Shown here one piece after another: positions 27,881 to 38,400 of a stretch of DNA of 64,000 bases; the first letter of the stretch is position 1; each line of letters starts with the position of its first letter. The position numbers were made by a program, and so were the translations under genes. Origin of the DNA: an uncultured Collinsella sp. (lineage in GTDB: Bacteria > Actinomycetota > Coriobacteriia > Coriobacteriales > Coriobacteriaceae); NCBI GenBank assembly GCA_902493125.1, contig CABUOF010000001.1:1461-65460 (forward strand). Direction: 5' to 3'. The notes under the pieces were generated by a model. That model was not told the DNA's origin and made no database searches. It worked only from the letters and a program-made list of their open reading frames with translations.

Positions 27881-29185
27881 ATGGCCACCACATCGCTTCG
27901 GACTATTATTTGCGGTGTACCCGCAGGAACGCTCATGCAAGATGAGAGCGGTCTGGTCAGTTTTGTCTACGATCAAGATTATTACGGGCCAGCCCTATCG
28001 ACCAACATTCCCGTATCAAATCGCACATACGGCCAACAGGTCATGAATCCGTACTTGTTTGGTCTTCTACCCGACAGCGAGGATCAGCGAAAGGCGATTG
28101 CTGCCGAATTCGACGTTAGACCCAACAATGCCGTTGCGCTGCTCAGCCATATCGGACTCGACTGTCCGGGCGGAGTGCAGTTTTGCGCCGAAGAAGATAT
28201 CGACGCCGTCTTGCATCGCACTGGCGAATACCGCCCTATAGACGACCACGAGATTGCCTTGCGCCTCAAGTCGATCAAGGATGACCGCGAGACATCGTGG
28301 ATGGGCTTAGATGAAAGTTGGTCACTTGGAGGCAACCAGGGCAAGTTCGCACTCGCGCTCATAGACAGTCGCTGGTGCGAATGCCTAGGCTCCTCGCCCA
28401 CGACGCATATTTTCAAAAATGGTGTTATCGGATTTAAACTCGAGGCTCTTAATGAGTTCGTCTGCATGAAAAGCGCCCAGCGCGCGGGTATCGCAACGGC
28501 GAACGTTGAGTATCGCTTATTTGAGGACGAACCCGCCCTCATTGTTGAGCGATATGACCGCGTGAAAGTCAAAGACGGAACAATCATGCGTCTACATCAA
28601 GAAGACCTCTGTCAGGCCCTTGGAGTGATGCCCGCTCAAAAGTACACAGCAGACGGCGGCCCGACCGCACGCGATATTCAGGAACTCCTCGTCAATACGA
28701 GTCATCATCAACTTAACCTGTATCTGTTTACGCAGATTCTCTTCTTTAACGCCATCATCGGCGCACCGGACGCGCATGCGAAGAACTATTCCCTGCTTCT
28801 TGGAAACGGCGACACAGCTATGATGGCCCGTATGTATGACGTTGCATCGGGGCTGGCATACGAACGCATGCGGCGAAAAGCGCGCCTTGCCATGAGCGTT
28901 GGCGGCGAAAATCGTGTGGGGCGCATCGGTCCAGGCGCTATCCGTCGATACCACGGTATGGGCGACCCCGCGCTGGAGGCGGCGCTCACCGATGCCGGGC
29001 TATCCGAGAAGTTTTGCTTTGCGACCATGATGGACCTCGCCTACGAGGTACCCGTTTGCATGGAAGAGGTCATGGACGAATACGCCGACCTGCCCGGCAT
29101 GGCGGACCTGCGCGAGCATATGCTCGGCCCCGTCCGTGAAAACTGCCAGCGCACCCTCGACCTCATCAAGGCGGATATGGGCTAG
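27881..29185 (+). CDS. hipA: HipA-family Ser/Thr kinase toxin
   Basis: N-terminal coupling domain (GTLMQDESGLVSFVYD), catalytic loop APDAHAKNYSLLL, and YDVASG. Confidence 0.85.
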   Translation: MATTSLRTIICGVPAGTLMQDESGLVSFVYDQDYYGPALSTNIPVSNRTYGQQVMNPYLFGLLPDSEDQRKAIAAEFDVRPNNAVALLSHIGLDCPGGVQFCAEEDIDAVLHRTGEYRPIDDHEIALRLKSIKDDRETSWMGLDESWSLGGNQGKFALALIDSRWCECLGSSPTTHIFKNGVIGFKLEALNEFVCMKSAQRAGIATANVEYRLFEDEPALIVERYDRVKVKDGTIMRLHQEDLCQALGVMPAQKYTADGGPTARDIQELLVNTSHHQLNLYLFTQILFFNAIIGAPDAHAKNYSLLLGNGDTAMMARMYDVASGLAYERMRRKARLAMSVGGENRVGRIGPGAIRRYHGMGDPALEAALTDAGLSEKFCFATMMDLAYEVPVCMEEVMDEYADLPGMADLREHMLGPVRENCQRTLDLIKADMG

Positions 29186-29215
29186 GTGGCGGCAAATTCC
29201 CATTTCCCGAAAGAA

Positions 29216-29256
29216 GAGAGGGGGCACCCATCGCAAAAGCTCGGGTGCCCCCTCTC
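29216..29256. terminator. Strong bidirectional hairpin between convergent hipA and pepD
   Basis: 14-bp stem GAGAGGGGGCACCC / GGGTGCCCCCTCTC. Confidence 0.7.
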
Positions 29257-29311
29257 ATAATGTCATTTGCAATCCGCTAGCACGTGGCTCGGACTGCTGC
29301 TAGCGCAACCT

Positions 29312-30769
29312 TTACGCAGCGAGGCGCTTGAGGACGTCGATGAGCAGCTCGTAGAAGCGCTCGGCAGAAGCGAGCTCCATGCTCTCGTCCGGGGTGTGGA
29401 CATCGGAGAGCGTCGGGCCCACGGCGATGGCGTCCAGGCCGTGCAGGGCCTCGGCAAACAGGCCGCACTCAAGGCCGGCGTGAATGGACTCGATGCGCAG
29501 CTCGGAGCCAAAGAGCTCGCGATAGCTCTCGACAAAGATGTCGCGGACCGGCGAATGCTCGGCATAGCTCCAACCGGGATACTCGAACTCAAACTTGGCG
29601 TCGAAGCCCAAGACATCGGCCAGCGTCTGCAGGCGGTCCTTGAACTCGTTCTGCAGCGAGGTGATCGAGGAGCGCGGGGACAGCATAATCTTGACCTGGT
29701 CGTCAGAGGTGGCAACCACGCCGATGTTGGAGGAAACCTCGACGGAGCCGTCAGTGGCGACGTTGCGGCGAATCACGCCGTTAGGGGCAAGACGCAGGGC
29801 GCGGATGAGGGCAAGCGCGGACTTCTGGTCCATGGCCTCGACCTCAGTGTTGTCGGCAATCTCAACCGTGCAGGTAAAGCCGGGGTCGAAGACCTCGAGC
29901 TCGGCGGTGACGTCGGCGATGATGCCCCTTGCGATCTCGGCCGCGGCCTCGGCGGCAGCGTGGTCGGCGTAGACCAGAACAGCCTTGCACTCACGGTTGA
30001 TGGCGTTGTCCTTGGTGCCGCCGTTAAAGCTAACGATGGCGGGCTCGCCGGCAACCATCAGGCGGTCGATGATGCGGGCCATGATGAGGTTGCCGTTGCC
30101 GCGCTCCAGGTGGATATCGCTGCCGGAGTGGCCGCCCAGCAGGCCGGAGATGTCGAGCGTGAGGGTGCTACCGGTCTTGTGCTCGCGCGCGATCGGGCAG
30201 GTGTAGGTAACGACAACGCCGCCGGCGCAGCTAACGGTGGCAACGCCCTCTTCCTCAGAGTCGAGGTTAATCATGGTGCGGGCGCTAATCTGGGACTTGT
30301 CGAGCGTCTCGGCGCCGACCAGGCCAGTCTCCTCGTCGGTGGTGAATACGCACTCGAGGGCCGGATGGGCAATCGAATCGTCGTTGAGCACGGTAAGCAT
30401 AAGCGCGACGGCGATACCGTTGTCGGCGCCCAGAGTGGTGCCGTTAGCGGTGAGGACGCCGTCCTTGACGACCAGATCGATACCATCGGTCGTAAAGTCG
30501 TGCTCGACGGAACCCAGCTTGTCGCACACCATATCGATATGGCCCTGCAGCATCACGGTCGGGGCATTCTCGGCACCGGCAGATGCGGGCTTGCGAATGA
30601 TAACGTTGTAGACCTCGTCCTGGTACACATCGAGGCCGCGCTCCTTGGCAAACGCAACCAGGAAATCGCTGATGCCCTTCTCGTTGCCAGACCCACGGGG
30701 GATCGCGCTGACCTCCTCAAAGAAATGGAACAGCTGGGCGGGCTCGTAGCCGGTAATCTTGTAGTCCAT
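29312..30769 (-). CDS. pepD: Aminoacyl-histidine dipeptidase (PepD, M20 family)
   Basis: FFEEVSAIPRGSGNEKGISDFL...LQGHIDMV. AAGGAGG RBS precedes the ATG at 30769. Confidence 0.88.
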   Translation of the reverse strand: MDYKITGYEPAQLFHFFEEVSAIPRGSGNEKGISDFLVAFAKERGLDVYQDEVYNVIIRKPASAGAENAPTVMLQGHIDMVCDKLGSVEHDFTTDGIDLVVKDGVLTANGTTLGADNGIAVALMLTVLNDDSIAHPALECVFTTDEETGLVGAETLDKSQISARTMINLDSEEEGVATVSCAGGVVVTYTCPIAREHKTGSTLTLDISGLLGGHSGSDIHLERGNGNLIMARIIDRLMVAGEPAIVSFNGGTKDNAINRECKAVLVYADHAAAEAAAEIARGIIADVTAELEVFDPGFTCTVEIADNTEVEAMDQKSALALIRALRLAPNGVIRRNVATDGSVEVSSNIGVVATSDDQVKIMLSPRSSITSLQNEFKDRLQTLADVLGFDAKFEFEYPGWSYAEHSPVRDIFVESYRELFGSELRIESIHAGLECGLFAEALHGLDAIAVGPTLSDVHTPDESMELASAERFYELLIDVLKRLAA

Positions 30770-30917
30770 GGTGCCTCCTTGGCGCAACTGGTTAGACAGT
30801 AAGACATGCGCCTTGTATATTCCCAGACTTTACGTGCATAAACCAGTCGAAAACGCCGAGCGCCCTCGCATCATCGGCTAACGGCGAGGAAACGCCACTT
30901 TATCAAGATAAAGCAGG

Positions 30918-31445
30918 TTAGACGGGCCGTGCCGAAGGGACGTTGGACCCTTCAACCAACTTCAACGCCTGTTGAACATTAATGCATACACCATTGGTAT
31001 GTTTAATGAGATTTTTGTCTTCTGTCACGACGTAATCGGCATCAATGCGATTGGCGACGCCCAGCATCAGGTCGTCCTCAAAGTCGTTGTGATGATACTT
31101 GAACACAAAGGAGTCGAAGACCTCGTCTGCACCGACCGAGGCAATAATCGACTTTTGCCGAATCAGGCGAACACACGCCCACGCTGTCTCGTCGGCACCG
31201 GCGATGGCTTCGGGAGTGAGAGCCCCCTCACGGCGGGCGTCGGCCTTCATCGTCCTTCCCAGAATGTAATAGACGTCTTTGACAGACAGGGAGGACGAGA
31301 AGAGGACGATATCCTCCGCTTCCGCCGCGCGAGAAAGGAGCTCGACTATCGGCCTGGTCGCATTCGTACGAGCGAGAAAGTAATCTAGCCAGACGTTCGT
31401 GTCGATCAACAGCTTGAGCACACGTTTCGTTCCGACGCCGCTCAT
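30918..31445 (-). CDS. PIN-domain toxin (VapC-like)
   Basis: LLIDTNVWLDYFL... plus downstream acidic residues (VTEDKNL). ATGA overlap with the antitoxin stop. Confidence 0.75.
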   Translation of the reverse strand: MSGVGTKRVLKLLIDTNVWLDYFLARTNATRPIVELLSRAAEAEDIVLFSSSLSVKDVYYILGRTMKADARREGALTPEAIAGADETAWACVRLIRQKSIIASVGADEVFDSFVFKYHHNDFEDDLMLGVANRIDADYVVTEDKNLIKHTNGVCINVQQALKLVEGSNVPSARPV

Positions 31446-31810
31446 AATTCGATCCAATCGCTGAATCTCTCGCTCATCATTTGATCGTATAACTCGTCGT
31501 AATCAAAGGCTTCATCGGGGCTCGGCCTCTGAATCGAGAACCGCTCATAAAAATTCGAAATTAACGCAGCCCCTTCCGAGACGCGGGACGATCTCGCCTT
31601 CGATCGTATGTCGTCAGGCAGGACTTCGTCATCATTCTTTTTTGCGACGGGCATATGACCGTTCTCGGTCAAGTACTGCCACAGCTCCCTCACAGCTTGT
31701 GACGGCGTCATGCCAATATGAGTCAGTACGGCGTCTCCTGCCTCTTTGAGCTGGCGATCTATACGCACGTTCATCTGAACTGGCCGCGTGTCGAGTATTG
31801 ATGTAGGCAT
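31442..31810 (-). CDS. RelB/DinJ-family antitoxin
   Basis: MNVRIDRQLKEAGDAVLTHIGMTPSQAVRELWQYL ribbon-helix-helix. AAGGAG RBS. Confidence 0.7.
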   Translation of the reverse strand: MPTSILDTRPVQMNVRIDRQLKEAGDAVLTHIGMTPSQAVRELWQYLTENGHMPVAKKNDDEVLPDDIRSKARSSRVSEGAALISNFYERFSIQRPSPDEAFDYDELYDQMMSERFSDWIEL

Positions 31811-31822
31811 ATCAACTCCTTT

Positions 31823-31851
31823 GCTATACTGAATCTCAATTTCAGTATAGC
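31823..31851. promoter_or_regulatory. Palindromic operator candidate GCTATACTGAA-N7-TTCAGTATAGC
   Basis: Perfect 11-bp inverted repeat 13-41 nt upstream of the antitoxin start. Confidence 0.55.
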
Positions 31852-31872
31852 ACGGCAGATTGAAGCACATTT

Positions 31873-31914
31873 CAATAGAAACGGGGGCGCCTCCTTATCG
31901 GAAACGCCCCCGTT
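31873..31914 (-). terminator. Rho-independent terminator after clpC
   Basis: Stem AACGGGGGCG / CGCCCCCGTT with a T-rich tail on the minus strand. Confidence 0.7.
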
Positions 31915-31934
31915 ATACAAGGTATGTTTAATCC

Positions 31935-34577
31935 CTACAGCGCGCCGGAACCGGCTTGCATCATGCCGCCGGGGCCCGAGGTCACGCCGCCGCTCACGGG
32001 CGCGGCGTTGCCGGTGTGCGGTGCCGCCGGGGCGGTATCGCCACCGAGCGTGCCCGCCGGACGCGGTGCCGGGATCTCGCCCGTGCCGTGGCTAAAGACA
32101 AACTTGCCATCGGCCACGTCGCACAGGACGGTATCGCCCTCGCCCCACTCGCCGGCCAGGAGCTCCTCGGACAGCGGGTCCTCGATGAGCTTTTGAATAG
32201 CACGGCGCAGCGGACGCGCACCGTTGGTGAGGTCGGTGCCCTCGGCCACGATCTTGTCATAGGCCGCATCGGTGAGCTTGATGTTCATGCCGTTTGCGAT
32301 CAGGCGCTGGCGCAGGTCGTCCACCAGCAGGTGCGCGATCTTGGTCAGGTTCTCGCCCGAAAGCTTCTGGAACACCACGATGTCGTCGATACGGTTGAGC
32401 AGCTCGGGGCGGAACAGGCGCTTAAGTTCGCCCATCGCGCGGCCGCGGATCTCACTCGAGGTAAGGCCCTGCTCACCGGTGGTGCCAAAACCGACGCTCG
32501 CATCCTGCGCGATCTCGCGGGCGCCCACGTTGGACGTCATGATAATCACGGTATTGCGGAAGTCGACCGTCTTGCCCTGGCTATCGGTCAGACGGCCCTC
32601 CTCCAACACCTGCAGCAGGATATTGAAGATGTCGGGGTGCGCCTTCTCGATCTCGTCGAACAGCACGACCGAGTACGGGTGACGACGAACGGCCTTGGTA
32701 AGCTGACCGCCCTCGTCGTGGCCCACGTAACCCGGAGGGCTACCGATGAGCTTGGAGACCTCAAACTCGCTACCGAACTCGGACATGTCGAAGCTGATGA
32801 GCGCGTCCTTGCTGCCAAAGAGGTACTCGGCGAGCGTCTTGGCGAGCTCGGTCTTGCCCGTGCCGGTGGGACCCAGGAAGATAAAGCTGCCGCCGGGGCG
32901 ACGCGGATCCTTGAGCGGCGAGCGGCTGCGGCGCACGGCCTTGGCGACGGCCTCGACAGCCTCGTCCTGGCCGATGATGCGGGTCTTGAGCACGCTTTCG
33001 GTCTGCAGCAGGCGCCGGCTCTCGCTCTCGGTGAGCGAGGAAACCGGCACGCCAGAGGTCACGGACACGATGTCGGCAATCTGGGCGACGTCGATGGTGA
33101 GCGGGCTGGCGTCGAGCTCGGCGGTCCAGGCGGCCTTGGCCTCGGCGAGCTCAATCTCGGCGGCCTTCTGCTGCTCGGTGATCTCGGCGGCCTTGTTCAT
33201 GTCGTCGCTCTCGGTGGCCTCCTGCGCGGCGGCCTTGAGCTCCTCTATGCGATGCTCGGCCTCGCGCACCGGCTCGGGCGCGCGGTTGGCGGCGATGCGG
33301 GCGCGGGCGCCGGCCTCGTCAATGAGGTCGATGGCCTTATCGGGCAGGAAGCGATCCTGGATGTAGCGGTTGGAGAGGTTCGCGGCGGCCTCGATAGCAC
33401 CCTGCGTATAGCGCACATGGTGGTGCTCCTCGTAGCGCGGCTTGAGCGCAGTCAGGATCTTGACCGTGTCCTCGACGCTCGGCTCCTCGACATCGATGGT
33501 CTGGAAGCGACGCTCGAAGGCCGGGTCCTTGGTGAGGTACTTGCGGAACTCCTCGGCCGTGGTGGCACCGATGATCTGGAAAGCACCGCGTGCGAGAACG
33601 GGCTTGAGCATGGAGCTCGCGTCGATGGAGCCCTCGGCAGAGCCGGCACCGATGATGGTGTGCATCTCGTCAATAAACAGGATGACGTCGTCAGCCTCGG
33701 TGGCCTCCTGGATCACGTTCTTGAGGCGCTCCTCAAACTCACCGCGATACTTGGCGCCCGCGACAAGACCCGGCAGGTCGAGCGTCCAGATATTCTGGTT
33801 CATGAGGTTCTCGGGCACGTTGCCGGCTGCAATCTGCTGAGCCAGGCCCTCGACGATGGCCGTCTTGCCCACGCCGGGGTCGCCCAGAATGAGCGGGTTG
33901 TTCTTGGTGCGGCGCGAAAGAATTTCCATCATACGCTGGACTTCCTTTTCGCGACCAATTACAGGGTCGAGCTCGCCATCGCGCGCCTTTTGCGTGAGGT
34001 TGGTGGCGAACTGCTTGAGCGTATCGGTGCCGCTCCCCTTTTGCTGCGACGCGTCCGAGCCGCTAAAGAACGGCAGGCCCGCACCGGGACGCCCGGCACC
34101 GGCGCCGGCGAGCGGACGCTTCTTGTCCTGGTCCTTGGCGGTAAGTTTCTCGATAGCCTTTTTGATGGAGGCGGACGACACACCCAGGCGCATGAGGATG
34201 TCCATGGCCATGCCGTTACCCTCTTCGACGATGCCAATCAGCAAGTGCTCGGTCGACACGTAGGTCTGGTTGTTCTCACGTGCCACGCGGAAGGAGCGCT
34301 CCATCACGCTGATGACGAGCGGCGTAAAGGCAAGCTTGGCAGCCTCGGTCTCCTCGCTGGGCTCGGGAACCGTGGTCTGGACCTCCTTGAGGGTGTCCAT
34401 GATGTCGTCGTAGGAGATATCAAGCGAGCGCAGCGCCTCGGCAGCGATGCCCTCGTCCTCCTTGGCGAGTGCGAGCAGCAGGTGCTCGGTGCCCACCTTA
34501 TTTGAGTGCAGATCGAGCGCCTCCTGTTTGGCCATCGACATGACCTTGCGCGCTCGATCGGTAAATCTATCTAACAT
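31935..34577 (-). CDS. clpC: ATP-dependent Clp protease ATP-binding subunit ClpC (with Gly/Pro-rich C-terminal tail)
   Basis: Clp_N repeats, two AAA+ modules ([16 protein letters not shown]) and a UVR-like linker. Confidence 0.95.
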   Translation of the reverse strand: MLDRFTDRARKVMSMAKQEALDLHSNKVGTEHLLLALAKEDEGIAAEALRSLDISYDDIMDTLKEVQTTVPEPSEETEAAKLAFTPLVISVMERSFRVARENNQTYVSTEHLLIGIVEEGNGMAMDILMRLGVSSASIKKAIEKLTAKDQDKKRPLAGAGAGRPGAGLPFFSGSDASQQKGSGTDTLKQFATNLTQKARDGELDPVIGREKEVQRMMEILSRRTKNNPLILGDPGVGKTAIVEGLAQQIAAGNVPENLMNQNIWTLDLPGLVAGAKYRGEFEERLKNVIQEATEADDVILFIDEMHTIIGAGSAEGSIDASSMLKPVLARGAFQIIGATTAEEFRKYLTKDPAFERRFQTIDVEEPSVEDTVKILTALKPRYEEHHHVRYTQGAIEAAANLSNRYIQDRFLPDKAIDLIDEAGARARIAANRAPEPVREAEHRIEELKAAAQEATESDDMNKAAEITEQQKAAEIELAEAKAAWTAELDASPLTIDVAQIADIVSVTSGVPVSSLTESESRRLLQTESVLKTRIIGQDEAVEAVAKAVRRSRSPLKDPRRPGGSFIFLGPTGTGKTELAKTLAEYLFGSKDALISFDMSEFGSEFEVSKLIGSPPGYVGHDEGGQLTKAVRRHPYSVVLFDEIEKAHPDIFNILLQVLEEGRLTDSQGKTVDFRNTVIIMTSNVGAREIAQDASVGFGTTGEQGLTSSEIRGRAMGELKRLFRPELLNRIDDIVVFQKLSGENLTKIAHLLVDDLRQRLIANGMNIKLTDAAYDKIVAEGTDLTNGARPLRRAIQKLIEDPLSEELLAGEWGEGDTVLCDVADGKFVFSHGTGEIPAPRPAGTLGGDTAPAAPHTGNAAPVSGGVTSGPGGMMQAGSGAL

Positions 34578-34769
34578 GCTCGTTTCCTTACATGAGTTCA
34601 TCGAAATCAAAACGCCCGCCCGTCGGCGGCGCTTTTGTCTCTTTACCCACAGGTTGTCTATGTTAACAGCTGGAGGAATATCTATAAACCCGGCTCACAT
34701 GAATGCAGGTTATGACCGCATCGCGGGACTCACCGCGCGATGCGCGACAGGCGCCCCGCAAGAGAAACC

Positions 34770-35468
34770 CTAGGCGTCTTTCACCACGTCGGGACTCGTC
34801 GCACGCGATGCGCGATAGGCATCGGCCTCCTTGGAGACGCGTTCGAGCAGCTCGGATGTATCGACGCCCTCGACTTGCGCGACCGTTTCCACCGTCTGCA
34901 TGGCGACCGCCCTCAGGTACGCGCACGCGCTGTCCCCCGGCTGCTCGAGGTCTATCTCCTCGCCGCCCTCCCGGGCAAAGCCGACCGCCATCACAAAGCC
35001 CATGATGCCCGAGACCAGAAAGCCCACCGCAAAGCTCGAATCTGCCTTGAGCTCTTCTCCGTCGGGGTGGACGATCTCTCTCACGCGGTCGATGATGATC
35101 GTATGGATGCCCTGCACGACCTGCTCGGCGGCACCCGCCCTCATGGTGATGACGATGCGCCGCAGCAGGCAGCGGACGTCGCGCCGGTCGAACGCCGAAA
35201 GGTCGCCCTCGCTCGAAAAATGCCAGAGGGCATCGGTGATGAGCTCGTTATCCTGCAGCAGCTGGGCTATGGCGATGGCGACGAGTTCATCGAAATCGTG
35301 AAAATAGTAGTAAAACGTTCCGCGATTGCACTGGGCGGCGCGGGTCACCTCGCCAACCGACAGCTCGAAGATGCTGTTGTTCTCGATGAGCTCCCAAAAC
35401 GCCTCGATGATACGGGTGCGTGCATCGGGCGCATCGGCGTCCTTACGCGGTCTCGCCATGCGCCTCAC
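34770..35468 (-). CDS. TetR/AcrR-family transcriptional regulator
   Basis: RTRIIEAFWELIENNSIFELSVGEVTRAAQCNRGTFYYYF. It overlaps the 3' end of the upstream activase gene. Confidence 0.85.
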   Translation of the reverse strand: MRRMARPRKDADAPDARTRIIEAFWELIENNSIFELSVGEVTRAAQCNRGTFYYYFHDFDELVAIAIAQLLQDNELITDALWHFSSEGDLSAFDRRDVRCLLRRIVITMRAGAAEQVVQGIHTIIIDRVREIVHPDGEELKADSSFAVGFLVSGIMGFVMAVGFAREGGEEIDLEQPGDSACAYLRAVAMQTVETVAQVEGVDTSELLERVSKEADAYRASRATSPDVVKDA

Positions 35469-38400
35469 CGCACCCCTGCGCCTTGGCGTTCATGATGAGC
35501 ATCTGAAGACGGTTCTCCACGTTGGCGAAGCTCACGTCGGGATCGTAGTCGAGCGGCAGGAACTGCGCCGTGGGATACTGCTCCTTGAGCGCATGGATGA
35601 GCCCGCGCCCCACGACATGGTTGGGCAGACACCCGAACGGCTGCAGGATCACGAAGTTGCGGCAGCCGCGCTTGGCGTGCTCGAGGATCTCCGCCGGAAT
35701 CAGCACGCCCTCGCCCGCATCGAACGTATGGTGCAGGATCTTATCGCTCGCGCGCACGAGCTCGGGCATGCGCGTCGGCGGCTCGTAGAGCGGGCTCGCC
35801 GCGCCCAGGCGGTCGCAACGGTCGTGCGCGAGCTCGAACAGGTTGTCCGCCGTGGCGTACCAGGCCTTTTCGGGCAGCGACAGGTCGACGTGGAACTCGC
35901 GCGACTGCGCATGCTTGTAGAAATAGGTTTTGCGGATCACGTCGGTCATGCGCGCCTCGATAACCTCGAGCCCGTTGTCCTCGAGGTAGCGCTCGATCTC
36001 GTGGTTGGCGCCGAGATGGAAATTGAGCAGGTACTCGCCCACGATGAGAACGGTCGGATGCGGGTTCGAGCGGTCGTACGGAACGGCGTCCATGATCGCA
36101 AGCGCGCGTTTGAAGCCCGTCGCCTGGCCTCTCAGCCCGGAGCGCTCCATGCCCTCGATAACCTCATCGAGCGCGCGGTCGAACGCAGCGTCCGCCGCGC
36201 CCTTCTCGAGCTCGTAGGGACGGATGCGCCTAAGCATGGCCTCGAGGGCATCGATCATGGGAAGACCGTAGGCGATCTGGATGCTCGGGCCAAGGCCGAG
36301 CTTGAAGCCCGGATGCGCATTGTGGGCATCGACGTCGTCGTTGGTGAGCACCGGGACATAGTCGTATCCCGCGTCGTCGAGCGCGCGGCGCAGCAGGGGC
36401 ATGTAGTGCGTCAGGCGGCAGTCGCCGATATACTTGCCAGTCACCACGGCGACGTCGTGCGGGTCGTACTTACCGCTCTCGAGTGCCGCGAGCGCCTCGC
36501 CGATCACGATTTGCGCGGGGAAGCAGATGTCGTTGTGCACATAGCGTTTGCCCAGGCGGATGGCATCCTCGCGCCCGATATCAAGGGCCTCGGCGCGCAC
36601 GCCCTGATTGCGCATCGCCGCGGTCATGAGCCTGCAGAACGCATGGGAGGTGTTGGGGACCAGCGCGATCTTGTCGTGCCGGTCGCGCTTGGTGTACTTG
36701 ACCTTATACGGGTCGTCGAGCGGATGGACCGCGTGCACCCGGGCGCCCTCGGCACGCTCCTCCGCGCGACGACGGTTGACCGACTCGATAAACGAACGCA
36801 CACGAATGCCCATGGGACCGGCGACGTCGCTCTCATCGAGCTTGATCATCATCGGAACCTTGGAGCCCATCTCGCCCATCATGCGCGCGATCTCGTCGGT
36901 GAGATACGCATCGTGGCCGCAGCCGAAGCTGCCCATCTGCACGAGCTCGAGCTCGGGCGTCGATGCGACGATGACCGCGCACGACAGCATGCGCGCATGG
37001 TAGTTGTTCACGATGTCGATGCGGCTGTTGGAAAGATCGACGTTGCAGACCCCCGGCACCGCATCGGGCGTCAGCACGGGGATGCCGCACTCAGAGAAGA
37101 GCTTGGGCAGCCCGTGGTTGACCAGCGGGTCGTTGTGGTACGGGCGCGAAGCGATCACCACCGCGTAGCCGCCGTCCTCGCGCACGTTCTCGAGCACCTG
37201 CCTGCCGCGCAGCTGCAGCTGGTTCTCAAACGTCTCCTGCGCGCGGTCCGCCTGCTCGGTCGCCTTGGCAACCAGGTCGGCATCGATATCGAAGGTCTCC
37301 TTGCACCACGCCTTGAGCTGGCGGTTTCGGTCGCCCTCGTCGTACCAGTGGAACAGCGGCGTATCGAACGGAACGCCGAAACGCTCCTCCGGGTTATCGG
37401 AATTGCGCATCACGTAGGGGTATCCCTTTACGACGGCGCACATCCACTCGCTGGTAGAGGCGGTGTTTTCGGTGGGCACCGTCGTGATGATGGGCATGAA
37501 GATGCGGTCGACGCCGGCGTCGACGAGATTGCGGATGTGCCCGTGGACGAGCTTGGCCGGGAAGCACACGGTGTCGGATGTGACGTGCGCCAGACCGCGC
37601 TCGTACATCGCCTTGGTGCTGCGTCCCGAGACGCGCACCTTAAAGCCGAGCGTGCTGAAGAACGTCGACCAGAACGGCATGGTGTCCCAGAACTCGAGCA
37701 CACGGGGAATGCCGATCGTGACATCGCGCCCCCCGCTGACGGGAACCGTGGGGTACGACTCGAACAGCAGCTTCTCGCGGTCGACAAAGAGATTGGGGGC
37801 AGCCGCGGTCCGGTCGCGCCCCGTGCCGGGTGCCTGTGCCTCGCAAGCACCCTGCGGACGCAGCTCCTCCGCCGCGGGAACCTCGCGCACGAGCTCATCC
37901 CATGAGATGGCGCCGCCGCGCGGGCAGCGATTGCCCGTGACGTAAAGCGAGCCGTCGCCAAATGCCACGACCGCGCGCTGGCAGCGGTTGTTGCACCGAC
38001 GGCAGGTAACGCCGCCGAACTCGCGATGCTCGAAGCGCTCCACGGCATCGAGCCCGATAAACGACGTGCCGGCGTCGCCCTTGCGGCATTCCTCGCGCGC
38101 GAGCAGGGCGATACCGATAGCGCCCATCAGCCCCGGGTGGGGCGCACGCGTGACGGGTTTGCCCAGATACTGCTCGAATGCGCGCAGCACCGCGTCGTTT
38201 CGGAACGTGCCGCCCTGGACGACGACTTTGTCGCCCAGACGGTTGAGATTTGAAACGCGAATGACCTTGGTGAACACGTTCTCGATAATCGAACGGCAGA
38301 GACCGGCCATGATGTCGCCCGGACCCTTACCGCGCCGCTGCTCGGAAACGACGCTGCTGTTCATGAACACCGTGCAGCGGCTGCCGAGAACGGCGGGGGC

